A stretch of DNA of 64,000 nucleotides from Chloroflexota bacterium. Its GTDB lineage: Bacteria; Chloroflexota; Anaerolineae; Anaerolineales; UBA11858. The notes beneath the pieces are model-generated. The model did no database searches, was not told the origin of the DNA, and saw only the letters and a program-made list of their open reading frames with translations. Position 1 is the first letter of the stretch; every line of letters begins with the position of its first letter. The translations under genes were made by a program, and so were the position numbers. Location of the stretch: positions 7,552 to 71,551 of the forward strand of contig JAANWX010000002.1 in assembly GCA_018263575.1 (NCBI GenBank), read 5' to 3'. Below are positions 18,311 to 27,259 of this stretch, piece after piece.

Positions 18311-20242
18311 CTACCTCATCGCCAGCGAGATGATAAACATAAGCAGGCCAAAGAGGATCTGTACCCCAAATAATACGCCAAAAACGTAGAGCACGTTTTG
18401 GAATGGCGTACGTCCACCGGGCGTCGAGATTTCATCTCCTTCAGCCATTTCGCGAACGACTTTCACGGTGCGGTTAATCAGCATGGGGAGCGAACGCCCG
18501 CTGCCGAAAATCCAGCGCCAACCTTCGGCCTGGGTGGGGATTGCCAGCCGCGCCCCGGAGAAATTTTTCAGCCAGACACGGATGGCCTCAGCAGGTTCAG
18601 CAGCAATCCTTCCGGGGAGGATCACGGCCCGCGCTTGCGACAGAGTCTCGTCGGGGACGCCGGATTCTATGGCGTGAAGGACCAGGGGGAGGGTGGGCAT
18701 CTCCCGCTGGAAGGCGGCCGCCACCCGGGGGGCGAATTCACCATCCTCCGTTGTCAGCACCAAAACCGGGAATTGAGCGTGAAGTTCGGCCAAAAAGCGC
18801 TGGGCCTGTTTGTTGTCACCCCGGAGCAGATACAGGTGGTAAGCGAGCAACAAGCCTCCACACAAAATCAGGGAGCTTAGCATCTTGAGAACCTGTTCCA
18901 ATAGATCCGGGTCAGCTTCCCCCAATAAGGCTTTAAAGAGCAGGAAGGACACATAGCCCGCGCTGAGCATGGCGCCAATTACCCCTACGAAAAGGGCCAA
19001 ATAAAGATAAGTTTTCCGCACCAAAGAACGGCGAGCACGGTCACCAGCCTCCCCCTCTTGGGCCGCGTCGGCTACCATGTTCCGCCAGGCAAGGAGCCAA
19101 GCAGGCACGCCCACCGCCAAGCTGGCTATCGATGAAGTGAGCCGGTCTCTCAGGTATTCCTCCCACATCGCGCCAGATTCCACGAGCAGGTCTATTAAAA
19201 ATGCAAATAACATTTGCAAGCCTATAAATGTGGCTATCAGACCTAGCGCAGAGGAGATGTAAAAGTAGAGTTTGCGGAATAGCCGCCCACGCTTGAGGGC
19301 TTCTTCCGCCGCGAAGGTGCCGCGCAGGTTTCCGCTGTAATAGAACCACACCCCGGCCAGAGGAAGGGCCACAGCCAGGGGGTCGCCAATATCCGCCAAG
19401 AGGGTGGCGAAGGTTTTAAAATCCCCCAACACGGCCCCTAGTAAAGTGTTCAGGATCATGCCCAGGGGGAATAATATCCCGACCAAACTAAAAAGGCTGA
19501 GAAGGAATAGGGTAATTTGGCGGATAAGGGCAATTCGTTCGGGGAGGTGTTGGAGCGAACGCTGAATAATGCGCCAAACGACAATCCACAAGGGTATACC
19601 AATCACTAATAAAGCCAACCCGTTCGCCAGCCAGCTTTGGGGCGTATCGCCAACGGTTGTGGCGAAGCTAAAAAGGTAACGTATGATTTCATGAATTCCA
19701 CCCGCGAGCATTCCCAAGCCGTAAACGAGCAGTAAGTAGCGGGCCAGGCGGCGGATGATAGAAAGGTGGTTATTGGGCGGAGAAGCATGCCAATCTTTTC
19801 GCAAATTGAAAAATATATACGCGCCAACCAGGAGGTTCATGAAGATGGCAATCAGGTTATCGCTCCAGATTTTTTCTCCACCAAAAATGGCCCTATAGGG
19901 AGGCTGGTTGAAGGCGGTGAGAAGGAGATGGTTTATAAAGCCTAAGGCGTTTTGAATGATGGGTACTAAGGTTCCTAAAAACGCGCCATACAAGAAGAGG
20001 GCTCTGATCAAGGAGAAGCGTTCTTCCTCTTCTTGAGCGGCTCGGCGCTGCGCCATCCACCAGTGGAGAAGGAAGATGGGTAACCCCACCAAGATAAGGG
20101 CTAAGGCGCCAGCCAAGGGGCCGGCATCAAGTCCTAGAGCAGGGTTGGTGAAGGTGCGGGCCAGGCGAATCATCCCCCATACTACTACTTCTAAACTGAT
20201 GAGCGTGATCAGATATGTGTATAGTTGGCGAAGGGTTTTCAT
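18311..20242 (-). CDS. Large polytopic membrane protein with about six repeated two-helix modules (DUF5671-like) and a C-terminal soluble domain
   Basis: The start is moved to MKTLRQLYTYLITL (ATG 20242). Repeated modules have the pattern R..Y.Y.......G, for example RKTYLYLALFVGVIG, FRKLYFYISSALGLI, IRQITLFLLSLFSLVG and RRLARYLLLVYGLGM. Confidence 0.6.
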   Translation of the reverse strand: MKTLRQLYTYLITLISLEVVVWGMIRLARTFTNPALGLDAGPLAGALALILVGLPIFLLHWWMAQRRAAQEEEERFSLIRALFLYGAFLGTLVPIIQNALGFINHLLLTAFNQPPYRAIFGGEKIWSDNLIAIFMNLLVGAYIFFNLRKDWHASPPNNHLSIIRRLARYLLLVYGLGMLAGGIHEIIRYLFSFATTVGDTPQSWLANGLALLVIGIPLWIVVWRIIQRSLQHLPERIALIRQITLFLLSLFSLVGILFPLGMILNTLLGAVLGDFKTFATLLADIGDPLAVALPLAGVWFYYSGNLRGTFAAEEALKRGRLFRKLYFYISSALGLIATFIGLQMLFAFLIDLLVESGAMWEEYLRDRLTSSIASLAVGVPAWLLAWRNMVADAAQEGEAGDRARRSLVRKTYLYLALFVGVIGAMLSAGYVSFLLFKALLGEADPDLLEQVLKMLSSLILCGGLLLAYHLYLLRGDNKQAQRFLAELHAQFPVLVLTTEDGEFAPRVAAAFQREMPTLPLVLHAIESGVPDETLSQARAVILPGRIAAEPAEAIRVWLKNFSGARLAIPTQAEGWRWIFGSGRSLPMLINRTVKVVREMAEGDEISTPGGRTPFQNVLYVFGVLFGVQILFGLLMFIISLAMR

Positions 20243-20363
20243 GGGATTTTCCAATTTGTGAAATGGTAGGGGAGAAACGTAAAGGATAGCTAGGAGTACT
20301 TGTATCCCCTTTCGCGGGGGAGAGACTCCATAATAGGTCGTGTCGAAAATAGGCTGTGTCGAA

Positions 20364-20840
20364 TCAGTCCACGGGACGTGGTTTATTATCCCAATCCCAT
20401 CCCCAATAAGGAGCGGGGAAGTAGGCAACTTTCCAATTGCTGGATTCTTTTACGAGCAAGGCGGTGTTATATTCTTTCCATGTGCTGCCAAAAGGGGATC
20501 TGCCGCCGTGGAGAATGATGATGTCCAAGGTTGCCTGTCCCTCTTGTTCGGTGACGTTCCTAATCTGGAGGGCTGTTTCAGTAATTTGGCGGTGTTGTTT
20601 TAAGAAAGTTTCTTGGAACTCGGATAATGTAGGCGTGTTGTCTTGTTGTTGGAGGTAAGAATAGGCTTTTTGATATTCTTTTTTTTGCAGGGCCAAGACG
20701 TAATTGTGAGCTACATTTTCAGGTATGGTTTCAGGCAAGTACTCCGCTTTCTCTTGCCGTACGAAGTAGACCCCCACAGCAGATGCGGCTAAGAGGAGAA
20801 TGAATAACAGGATAGCTAGTAAAAAACGATCTTGTTTCAT
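20364..20840 (-). CDS. Hypothetical membrane-anchored protein
   Basis: The start is moved to MKQDRFLLAILLFILLLAASAVGVYF (ATG 20840). It has a single N-terminal TM helix and a soluble domain of about 125 aa. I recognise no motif. Confidence 0.45.
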   Translation of the reverse strand: MKQDRFLLAILLFILLLAASAVGVYFVRQEKAEYLPETIPENVAHNYVLALQKKEYQKAYSYLQQQDNTPTLSEFQETFLKQHRQITETALQIRNVTEQEGQATLDIIILHGGRSPFGSTWKEYNTALLVKESSNWKVAYFPAPYWGWDWDNKPRPVD

Positions 20841-21024
20841 GGGCGCACGGATGGAGGGGCAAGGGGGAGAAATAAAGCGAACAGCCCCCAAGCGAGGTAG
20901 GCAATTGGTTCGAGCTCGCGTCTTCTAAGGTAGAAGAATGACAGCAGGCCCATTGCTAGCATGCAAAACAGGAGAGAATCGCGCATGAAAACGGGTGATA
21001 GAATCATAAGCACCTCACAAAGAG

Positions 21025-21113
21025 CGGAGAGGGTGGGATTCGAACCCACGGTGGACCAATATGCCCACAACGGTTTTCGAGACCGCCCCGATAAGCCACT
21101 CTGGCACCTCTCC
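21025..21113 (-). tRNA. tRNA-Ser (anticodon CGA), class II with long variable arm
   Basis: GGAGAGGTGCCAGAGTGGCTTATCGGGGCGGTCTCGAAAACCGTTGTGGGCATATTGGTCCACCGTGGGTTCGAATCCCACCCTCTCCG. It has a 7-bp acceptor stem, anticodon loop CU-CGA-AA and T-loop GTTCGAATC. No CCA is encoded. Confidence 0.9.
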
Positions 21114-21208
21114 AATTGATAAAATTATTATACCAGATGAATTCTTCTCGAAAAAGTGTGGCGTGGCTGAAATTATGGCAATCGCCTAGAAAACAAGCTT
21201 ACCCAGAC

Positions 21209-21237
21209 TAGACGAAATAGAGTTCCCATGATATACT
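21209..21237 (+). promoter_or_regulatory. Candidate extended -10 promoter for rpsB-tsf
   Basis: TAGACG, a 17-nt spacer, then TATACT, with TG one nt upstream of the -10 box. A structured leader of about 135 nt follows. Confidence 0.4.
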
Positions 21238-21377
21238 GCACGCCGTCCTGCCTGGTATGGCGGGATGTTTTCTAATCACACACGTTTCTTGACCTGACGG
21301 TGCGTGCCGCGAGGGAAATACTCTCCGGTGCCGAGCAGGGCTGATAGGAACGGAGGCTTAACGCAAAGGAGATTTGT

Positions 21378-22334
21378 ATGCCTATCGTATCAATGAAAGA
21401 CCTTTTAGAAAGTGGGGTCCATTTTGGCCATCGGACTCATAAATGGAATCCCTACATGAAGCCGTACATTTTTACGGAGAGAAATAATATCCATATTATT
21501 GACCTCCAACAAACTGTGAGCAGCCTGGAAAAAGCTTATAACCTAGTCCGAGATACTGTTGCTGATGGGGGAAGCGTTATTTTTGTCGGTACAAAACGCC
21601 AAGCCCAAGATATTATCAAGAAAAATGCTGCTCGTGTAGGAATGCCCTATGTAATTGGTCGTTGGCTAGGTGGAACGCTAACAAACTGGCAAACTATTCG
21701 CCAACGGATCAATGAGCTAGAGCGACTGGAAGGAATGCGCGATCGAGGGGAATTCGAATTAAGAATTAAAAAAGAAGCTTTAGGGATGATGCGTCAAATT
21801 GAACGGCTGGAGGATCGTTTGGGAGGTATTCGAGAAATGGATGAGCTCCCAGATTTACTCTTTGCTGTTGATGTGTCACGGGAAGAAATTCCCATTCACG
21901 AAGCTAACCTCTTGAAAATCCCCGTCATTGCCATGGTAGACACCAATTGCAATCCCAAAAACGTGGACTACGTGATTCCCTCCAATGATGACGCTATTCG
22001 GGCTATTCAATTAATTGTAGAGACAATGACTAAAGCAGTTCTAGAGGGCCAAGGCCTTCGAAAGGACCGCGAAGCGGATATGGAAGTGATTGAAGCTCAA
22101 GCCCAAATGACTCCTGAGATGCAAAGGGAGTTGAGCGATAAGGATCTTTTGGGAGACTCAACGCTTGCTAAATTAAAAGAGGCTGAAGATAAAGAAAGAG
22201 CTGAAGCTGAAGAAAAAGCTAAAGAAGAAGTTGAAAGCGAAGAAGAGAAAGAGACCAAAGAAGACGAGGCTGAGGTTGAAGAAGAGACTGAGGCCAAAGA
22301 AGAAAAAGAAGAGACCGAGGAAGACGAGGCTTAA
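21378..22334 (+). CDS. rpsB: 30S ribosomal protein S2 with an acidic E/K-rich C-terminal extension of about 70 aa
   Basis: MPIVSMKDLLESGVHFGHRTHKWNPYMKPYIF.. The tail is KEAEDKERAEAEEKAKEEVESEEEKETKEDEAEVEEETEAKEEKEETEEDEA. Confidence 0.95.
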   Translation: MPIVSMKDLLESGVHFGHRTHKWNPYMKPYIFTERNNIHIIDLQQTVSSLEKAYNLVRDTVADGGSVIFVGTKRQAQDIIKKNAARVGMPYVIGRWLGGTLTNWQTIRQRINELERLEGMRDRGEFELRIKKEALGMMRQIERLEDRLGGIREMDELPDLLFAVDVSREEIPIHEANLLKIPVIAMVDTNCNPKNVDYVIPSNDDAIRAIQLIVETMTKAVLEGQGLRKDREADMEVIEAQAQMTPEMQRELSDKDLLGDSTLAKLKEAEDKERAEAEEKAKEEVESEEEKETKEDEAEVEEETEAKEEKEETEEDEA

Positions 22335-22337
22335 AAG

Positions 22338-22943
22338 ATGACAGTTTCTGTAAAACAAATCAAAGAATTACGTGAATCAACAGGCTCCGGTATTCTGGAT
22401 TGCCGCCAGGCCTTAGAAAAAGCTAATGGTGATTTTGATAAAGCCGTTGACGTATTGCGTCAAAAGGGTTTGGCCAAAGCTGCAAAACGCGCAGACCGTG
22501 AAGCCTCAGAAGGCATGGTGGAATTATATTCCCACGCTAATGGTCGTATAGGTGTTATGGTCGAAGTTAATTGTGAAACGGATTTTGTAGCCCGCTCAGA
22601 AGGGTTTAGAGACTTTGCTCACGAGATGGCGCTGCAAATTGCGGCTGTATCCCCCAGATGGGTGACGGATGAGGACATTCCTGAAGAAGTACTAGAACAT
22701 GAAAAGGGAATAGCTCGCAAACGTTATCAAGAAGAAGGGAAGCCTGATCATATCATTGAGCGCATTTTAGAGGGCGTCATTGAGAAATTCAAAGATGAGA
22801 ACTGCCTTATGCGTCAAGCTTATATTCGAGATGATGAATTGACAGTTGAAAAACTGCTCCACGAAACGATAGCTTCTCTTGGAGAAAATATCGTCATCCG
22901 GCGCTTCGAACGCTGGGAGCTTGGAGAAGGCATTGATAACTAA
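22338..22943 (+). CDS. tsf: Elongation factor Ts (short form)
   Basis: VKQIKELRESTGSGILDCRQALEKANGDFDKAVDVLRQKG. The start lies 3 nt after the rpsB stop. Confidence 0.95.
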   Translation: MTVSVKQIKELRESTGSGILDCRQALEKANGDFDKAVDVLRQKGLAKAAKRADREASEGMVELYSHANGRIGVMVEVNCETDFVARSEGFRDFAHEMALQIAAVSPRWVTDEDIPEEVLEHEKGIARKRYQEEGKPDHIIERILEGVIEKFKDENCLMRQAYIRDDELTVEKLLHETIASLGENIVIRRFERWELGEGIDN

Positions 22944-22953
22944 TCGCTAACCC

Positions 22954-22990
22954 AAAAAGCCAACCTTAGGGTTGGCTTTTTCTTTTTTGT
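22954..22990 (+). terminator. Rho-independent terminator after tsf
   Basis: aaaaagccaacc-ttag-ggttggc followed by tttttctttttt. Confidence 0.8.
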
Positions 22991-22997
22991 TTGGTAG

Positions 22998-23780
<783 letters not shown>

Positions 23781-23874
23781 ATTTTCGGGTATCCTATAAA
23801 CGCTTATATCCCTGAAAAATTACCAAGGCATTCACTATCCTAAGTATCTGACATACTATTTGTGGAGGCTATTT

Positions 23875-24432
23875 ATGCTTAAGGAAATCTATAAAGAAAC
23901 AGAAGAACGCATGAAAATTGCCCTTGAAGCACTCCAGAAGGAGCTAAATCTCATTCGCACTGGGCGTGCCCACCCAGCCTTGGTGGAAATGCTCCCTGTA
24001 GAATATTATGGTGTCGAAACACCATTGCGGGAGCTGGCAAGCATTAGTGTTCCAGAAGCAAGGTCACTCTTGATCCGCCCCTTTGATCCTTCTACGCTCA
24101 AAAACATCGAACGCGCTATTCTGAAATCAGATTTAGGTCTTATGCCAAATACTGATGGCGAAAATATCCATCTCAATCTCCCGACTCTTACGGGTGAACG
24201 CCGCGAAGAATTAGTGCGAGTTGTCAACTCCCAGGCAGAAGAAACTCGCATAGCTATTCGTAACATACGACGGGATAGTATCCGTGATTTACGGAGCTTC
24301 GAAGAGGAAAACTTACTTACTGAAGATGATCTCCATCTTGGTAAAGAAAAAGTTCAGGAAATTACAGATCGATTCATCGAGAAGGTGGGCAAAGTCTGTG
24401 CCCTTAAAGAAAAAGAAGTGATGGAAGTATAA
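23875..24432 (+). CDS. frr: Ribosome recycling factor
   Basis: MLKEIYKETEERMKIALEALQKELNLIRTGRAHPALV. RBS ggagg lies upstream of ATG 23875. Confidence 0.95.
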   Translation: MLKEIYKETEERMKIALEALQKELNLIRTGRAHPALVEMLPVEYYGVETPLRELASISVPEARSLLIRPFDPSTLKNIERAILKSDLGLMPNTDGENIHLNLPTLTGERREELVRVVNSQAEETRIAIRNIRRDSIRDLRSFEEENLLTEDDLHLGKEKVQEITDRFIEKVGKVCALKEKEVMEV

Positions 24433-24610
24433 ATTACGTAAGCGTTCACCACCCCAAAGAGATAGACTTCAAAAGTCTTCAAAATAGAGCTTGGTGGACC
24501 CAAAAGTTAAAAACCGCTTATGAAACTTCTCTTAAATCATCCTCTGAGACTTTTGAAGTTTGCTCTAGGGGTAGGGGCTGAATGGTTACTAAATTACATA
24601 TACTTATATC

Positions 24611-25342
24611 ATGAGTATGGACGCTGAAAAAAATCCCCTCGACAGAGTTCCTCAACATATTGCCATCATCATGGATGGGAATGGACGTTGGGCGCAATCT
24701 AAGGGATTGCCGCGCCTCGCAGGGCATAGAGCGGGGACAGAAAATCTTAAGACTATTCTAGAAGCCTGTGTCGAGTTTGGGGTGAAATATTTGACCATTT
24801 ACGCCTTTTCGACCGAGAATTGGGAACGCCCGGAATCAGAAGTTAAAGGCCTTATGCGTATTTTCAGGACCATGTTTGACCGGGAGCTTAAAAACCTGCA
24901 TGAAAATGGCGTTCAACTTCGTCATCTTGGTAAACTAGACCGGATTGACGCTGCTCTTCGGAAACAAGTCATAGATGCCATCGAACTTACCAAAAACAAC
25001 CAGCGCCTGATCCTAAACGTGGCTTTTAATTATGGGGGCAGAGCAGAAATTATCCATAGCATCCAACAGATCATCAGAAACGAAGTAGAGCCAGAAGAAG
25101 TTGATGAAAATTTGGTTGACCAGCACTTGTATACCGCTGGCTCACCAGATCCCGATCTCGTTATCCGAACTTCAGGCGAACTACGCACTAGTAATTTCCT
25201 CATTTGGCAAGCAGCTTACGCTGAATGGTATTTCACGCCCACTTACTGGCCTGATTTCGGGAAGGAGGAACTTAAAAAAGCACTCCTAGACTATCGTGAA
25301 CGCGAACGGCGTTTTGGGCGTGTTTCGTCCGAAGACGCTTAA
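24611..25342 (+). CDS. uppS: Undecaprenyl-diphosphate synthase (cis-isoprenyl transferase)
   Basis: [13 protein letters not shown], ..AFSTENW.RP.. and RTSGE.R.SNFL.WQ motifs. Confidence 0.95.
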   Translation: MSMDAEKNPLDRVPQHIAIIMDGNGRWAQSKGLPRLAGHRAGTENLKTILEACVEFGVKYLTIYAFSTENWERPESEVKGLMRIFRTMFDRELKNLHENGVQLRHLGKLDRIDAALRKQVIDAIELTKNNQRLILNVAFNYGGRAEIIHSIQQIIRNEVEPEEVDENLVDQHLYTAGSPDPDLVIRTSGELRTSNFLIWQAAYAEWYFTPTYWPDFGKEELKKALLDYRERERRFGRVSSEDA

Positions 25343-25348
25343 CCTATT

Positions 25349-26164
25349 ATGTTAAAACAAAGAACTATCGTAGCTCTAATTTTAGCTCCAATCGCCTTGC
25401 TGTCCGCTTATGTAGGTGGCGCAGCATATATTGCCCTCATCACTACTATGCTGGTGATTGCCGCCTGGGAATACACGGGGCTTTTACGTTCGGCAAAACA
25501 TGAGCCTCCTCCCGTCCTGGTAATCGGTGGGGTGCTCTTATTTGTCCTTGGGAGATCATTCACCGGTTTTGCAAGTGCTCCGTGGAGCTTTACTATTCTG
25601 ATACTAGTAAGCGCAGCCTACCATCTCATTCGCTTCGAGCAAGGCCGTAATTCAGCGGCCACAGATTTGAACGCCACGCTCTCAGCATCAATTTACCTTG
25701 GTTGGCTTGGCGCCTACTTCATCTCACTGCGGCAACTAGAAGGAGGGAGATGGTGGGTTCTGCTCATTTTCTTCGTCATTTGGCTGACGGATACAGGAGC
25801 ATATTTTGTAGGTGTCTCCTGGGGAAAACATAAACTATGCCCTCGTTTAAGCCCCAAAAAGACCTGGGAAGGTTTCCTAGGCGGTTTAATTGTGGGGATT
25901 GCAGGCGGCGCTTTGCTTCCGCTGACATTAAAAAACACAGGAGCCGGCATATCTAGTTGGCATGGTGCCATTTTAGGTCTTGTCCTGGCCTTATGTGTTC
26001 CCCTGGGCGACTTAGCGGTAAGCATGATCAAACGTCAGGTTGCCCAAAAAGATACCGGCAACTTCCTCCCAGGTCATGGCGGGGCATTTGACCGTTTGGA
26101 TACATTACTTTGGGCTATGCCTATCAGTTATTACCTTATCTTATTCTTATTTCCAATACTATGA
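25349..26164 (+). CDS. cdsA: Phosphatidate cytidylyltransferase
   Basis: Polytopic membrane protein with the C-terminal signature LPGHGGAFDRLDTLL. Confidence 0.9.
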   Translation: MLKQRTIVALILAPIALLSAYVGGAAYIALITTMLVIAAWEYTGLLRSAKHEPPPVLVIGGVLLFVLGRSFTGFASAPWSFTILILVSAAYHLIRFEQGRNSAATDLNATLSASIYLGWLGAYFISLRQLEGGRWWVLLIFFVIWLTDTGAYFVGVSWGKHKLCPRLSPKKTWEGFLGGLIVGIAGGALLPLTLKNTGAGISSWHGAILGLVLALCVPLGDLAVSMIKRQVAQKDTGNFLPGHGGAFDRLDTLLWAMPISYYLILFLFPIL

Positions 26165-27153
26165 AAAAAACACATACCCCCCCTACCCGAAACTTGGCTT
26201 TAGAACTAGTACGTGTAACCGAAGCCGCAGCCCTTTCCGCTGGCCGCTTCATGGGACGCGGAGACAAAGAAGCGGCTGATAAAGCCGCTGTAGACGCTAT
26301 GCGCCTGGTCTTGAACTCTATTGAAATGGAGGCCACGGTCATAATTGGTGAAGGAGAAAAAGACGAAGCTCCTATGCTCTATAATGGAGAAGTTGTTGGC
26401 ACAAAGGAACCTCCTTTGCTTGACCTTGCCGTTGATCCCGTAGATGGCACTCGCCCCCTGGCAAACGGCTTCCTGAACTCGATTGCCATAGCCGCCTTGG
26501 CGCCCCAAGGGACGATGTTTGATCCTGGCCCATTTGTTTATATGGACAAAATGGCCGTTGGCCCTAGAGCCAAAGGTGTTATTAACATTGAAGATCCTTT
26601 AGAAGAGAACCTAAAAAGGATAGCCAAAGCTGAGGACAAACAACTAGATGACCTAACAGCCATTATTCTTGACCGACCTCGACACCAAGCGATTATTAAT
26701 AAAGTTCGCCAGATTGGGGCCCGTATCCGCCTTATTCCGGATGGGGATGTAGCGGGAGCGCTTATGACCAGTTTGCCTGAAGCCGGTATAGATGTTTTGT
26801 TAGGGGTTGGTGGTACCCCTGAGGGCGTTCTAGCCGCTTGCGCGCTCCGTGCCATGGGAGGAGAACTTCAAGGGAAATTATACGCCCGCACGCCAGAAGA
26901 ACGCCAAAAGGGTGAAGAAATGGGGTATAACTTCGATGATATCATCACCATGGATGATTTAGTTTCTTCCGATGACGTTTTCTTTGCCGCAACAGGGATA
27001 ACAGATGGAGAACTTCTTGATGGCGTCAGGTACTCCGGCCATGGCGGCGAGTCATCTAGCCTGGTGATCCGGGGAATGACGGGGAGTGTTCGGTGGATTT
27101 CGGCCAATCATAATTTTGACAGGTTAAACCCAATCAGCGAAATTGAGTATTAA
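26161..27153 (+). CDS. glpX: Fructose-1,6-bisphosphatase class II (GlpX)
   Basis: The start is moved to MKKTHTPPTRNLALELVRVTEAAALSAG (ATG 26161, ATGA overlap with the cdsA stop). LAVDPVDGT motif is present. Confidence 0.9.
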   Translation: MKKTHTPPTRNLALELVRVTEAAALSAGRFMGRGDKEAADKAAVDAMRLVLNSIEMEATVIIGEGEKDEAPMLYNGEVVGTKEPPLLDLAVDPVDGTRPLANGFLNSIAIAALAPQGTMFDPGPFVYMDKMAVGPRAKGVINIEDPLEENLKRIAKAEDKQLDDLTAIILDRPRHQAIINKVRQIGARIRLIPDGDVAGALMTSLPEAGIDVLLGVGGTPEGVLAACALRAMGGELQGKLYARTPEERQKGEEMGYNFDDIITMDDLVSSDDVFFAATGITDGELLDGVRYSGHGGESSSLVIRGMTGSVRWISANHNFDRLNPISEIEY

Positions 27154-27222
27154 ATAACCTTCAATCAATATTTATCGCGCATGATGTATTTGGATAAGAT
27201 CGAATACGCCACTAGCCCCCCT

Positions 27223-27251
27223 AAAGCCCGCTGGTATCGAAGGCGGGCTTT
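27223..27251. terminator. Bidirectional hairpin terminator between convergent glpX and the sensor kinase
   Basis: aaagcccgc-N11-gcgggcttt, with A/T runs on both flanks. Confidence 0.6.
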
Positions 27252-27259
27252 GGTGATTC

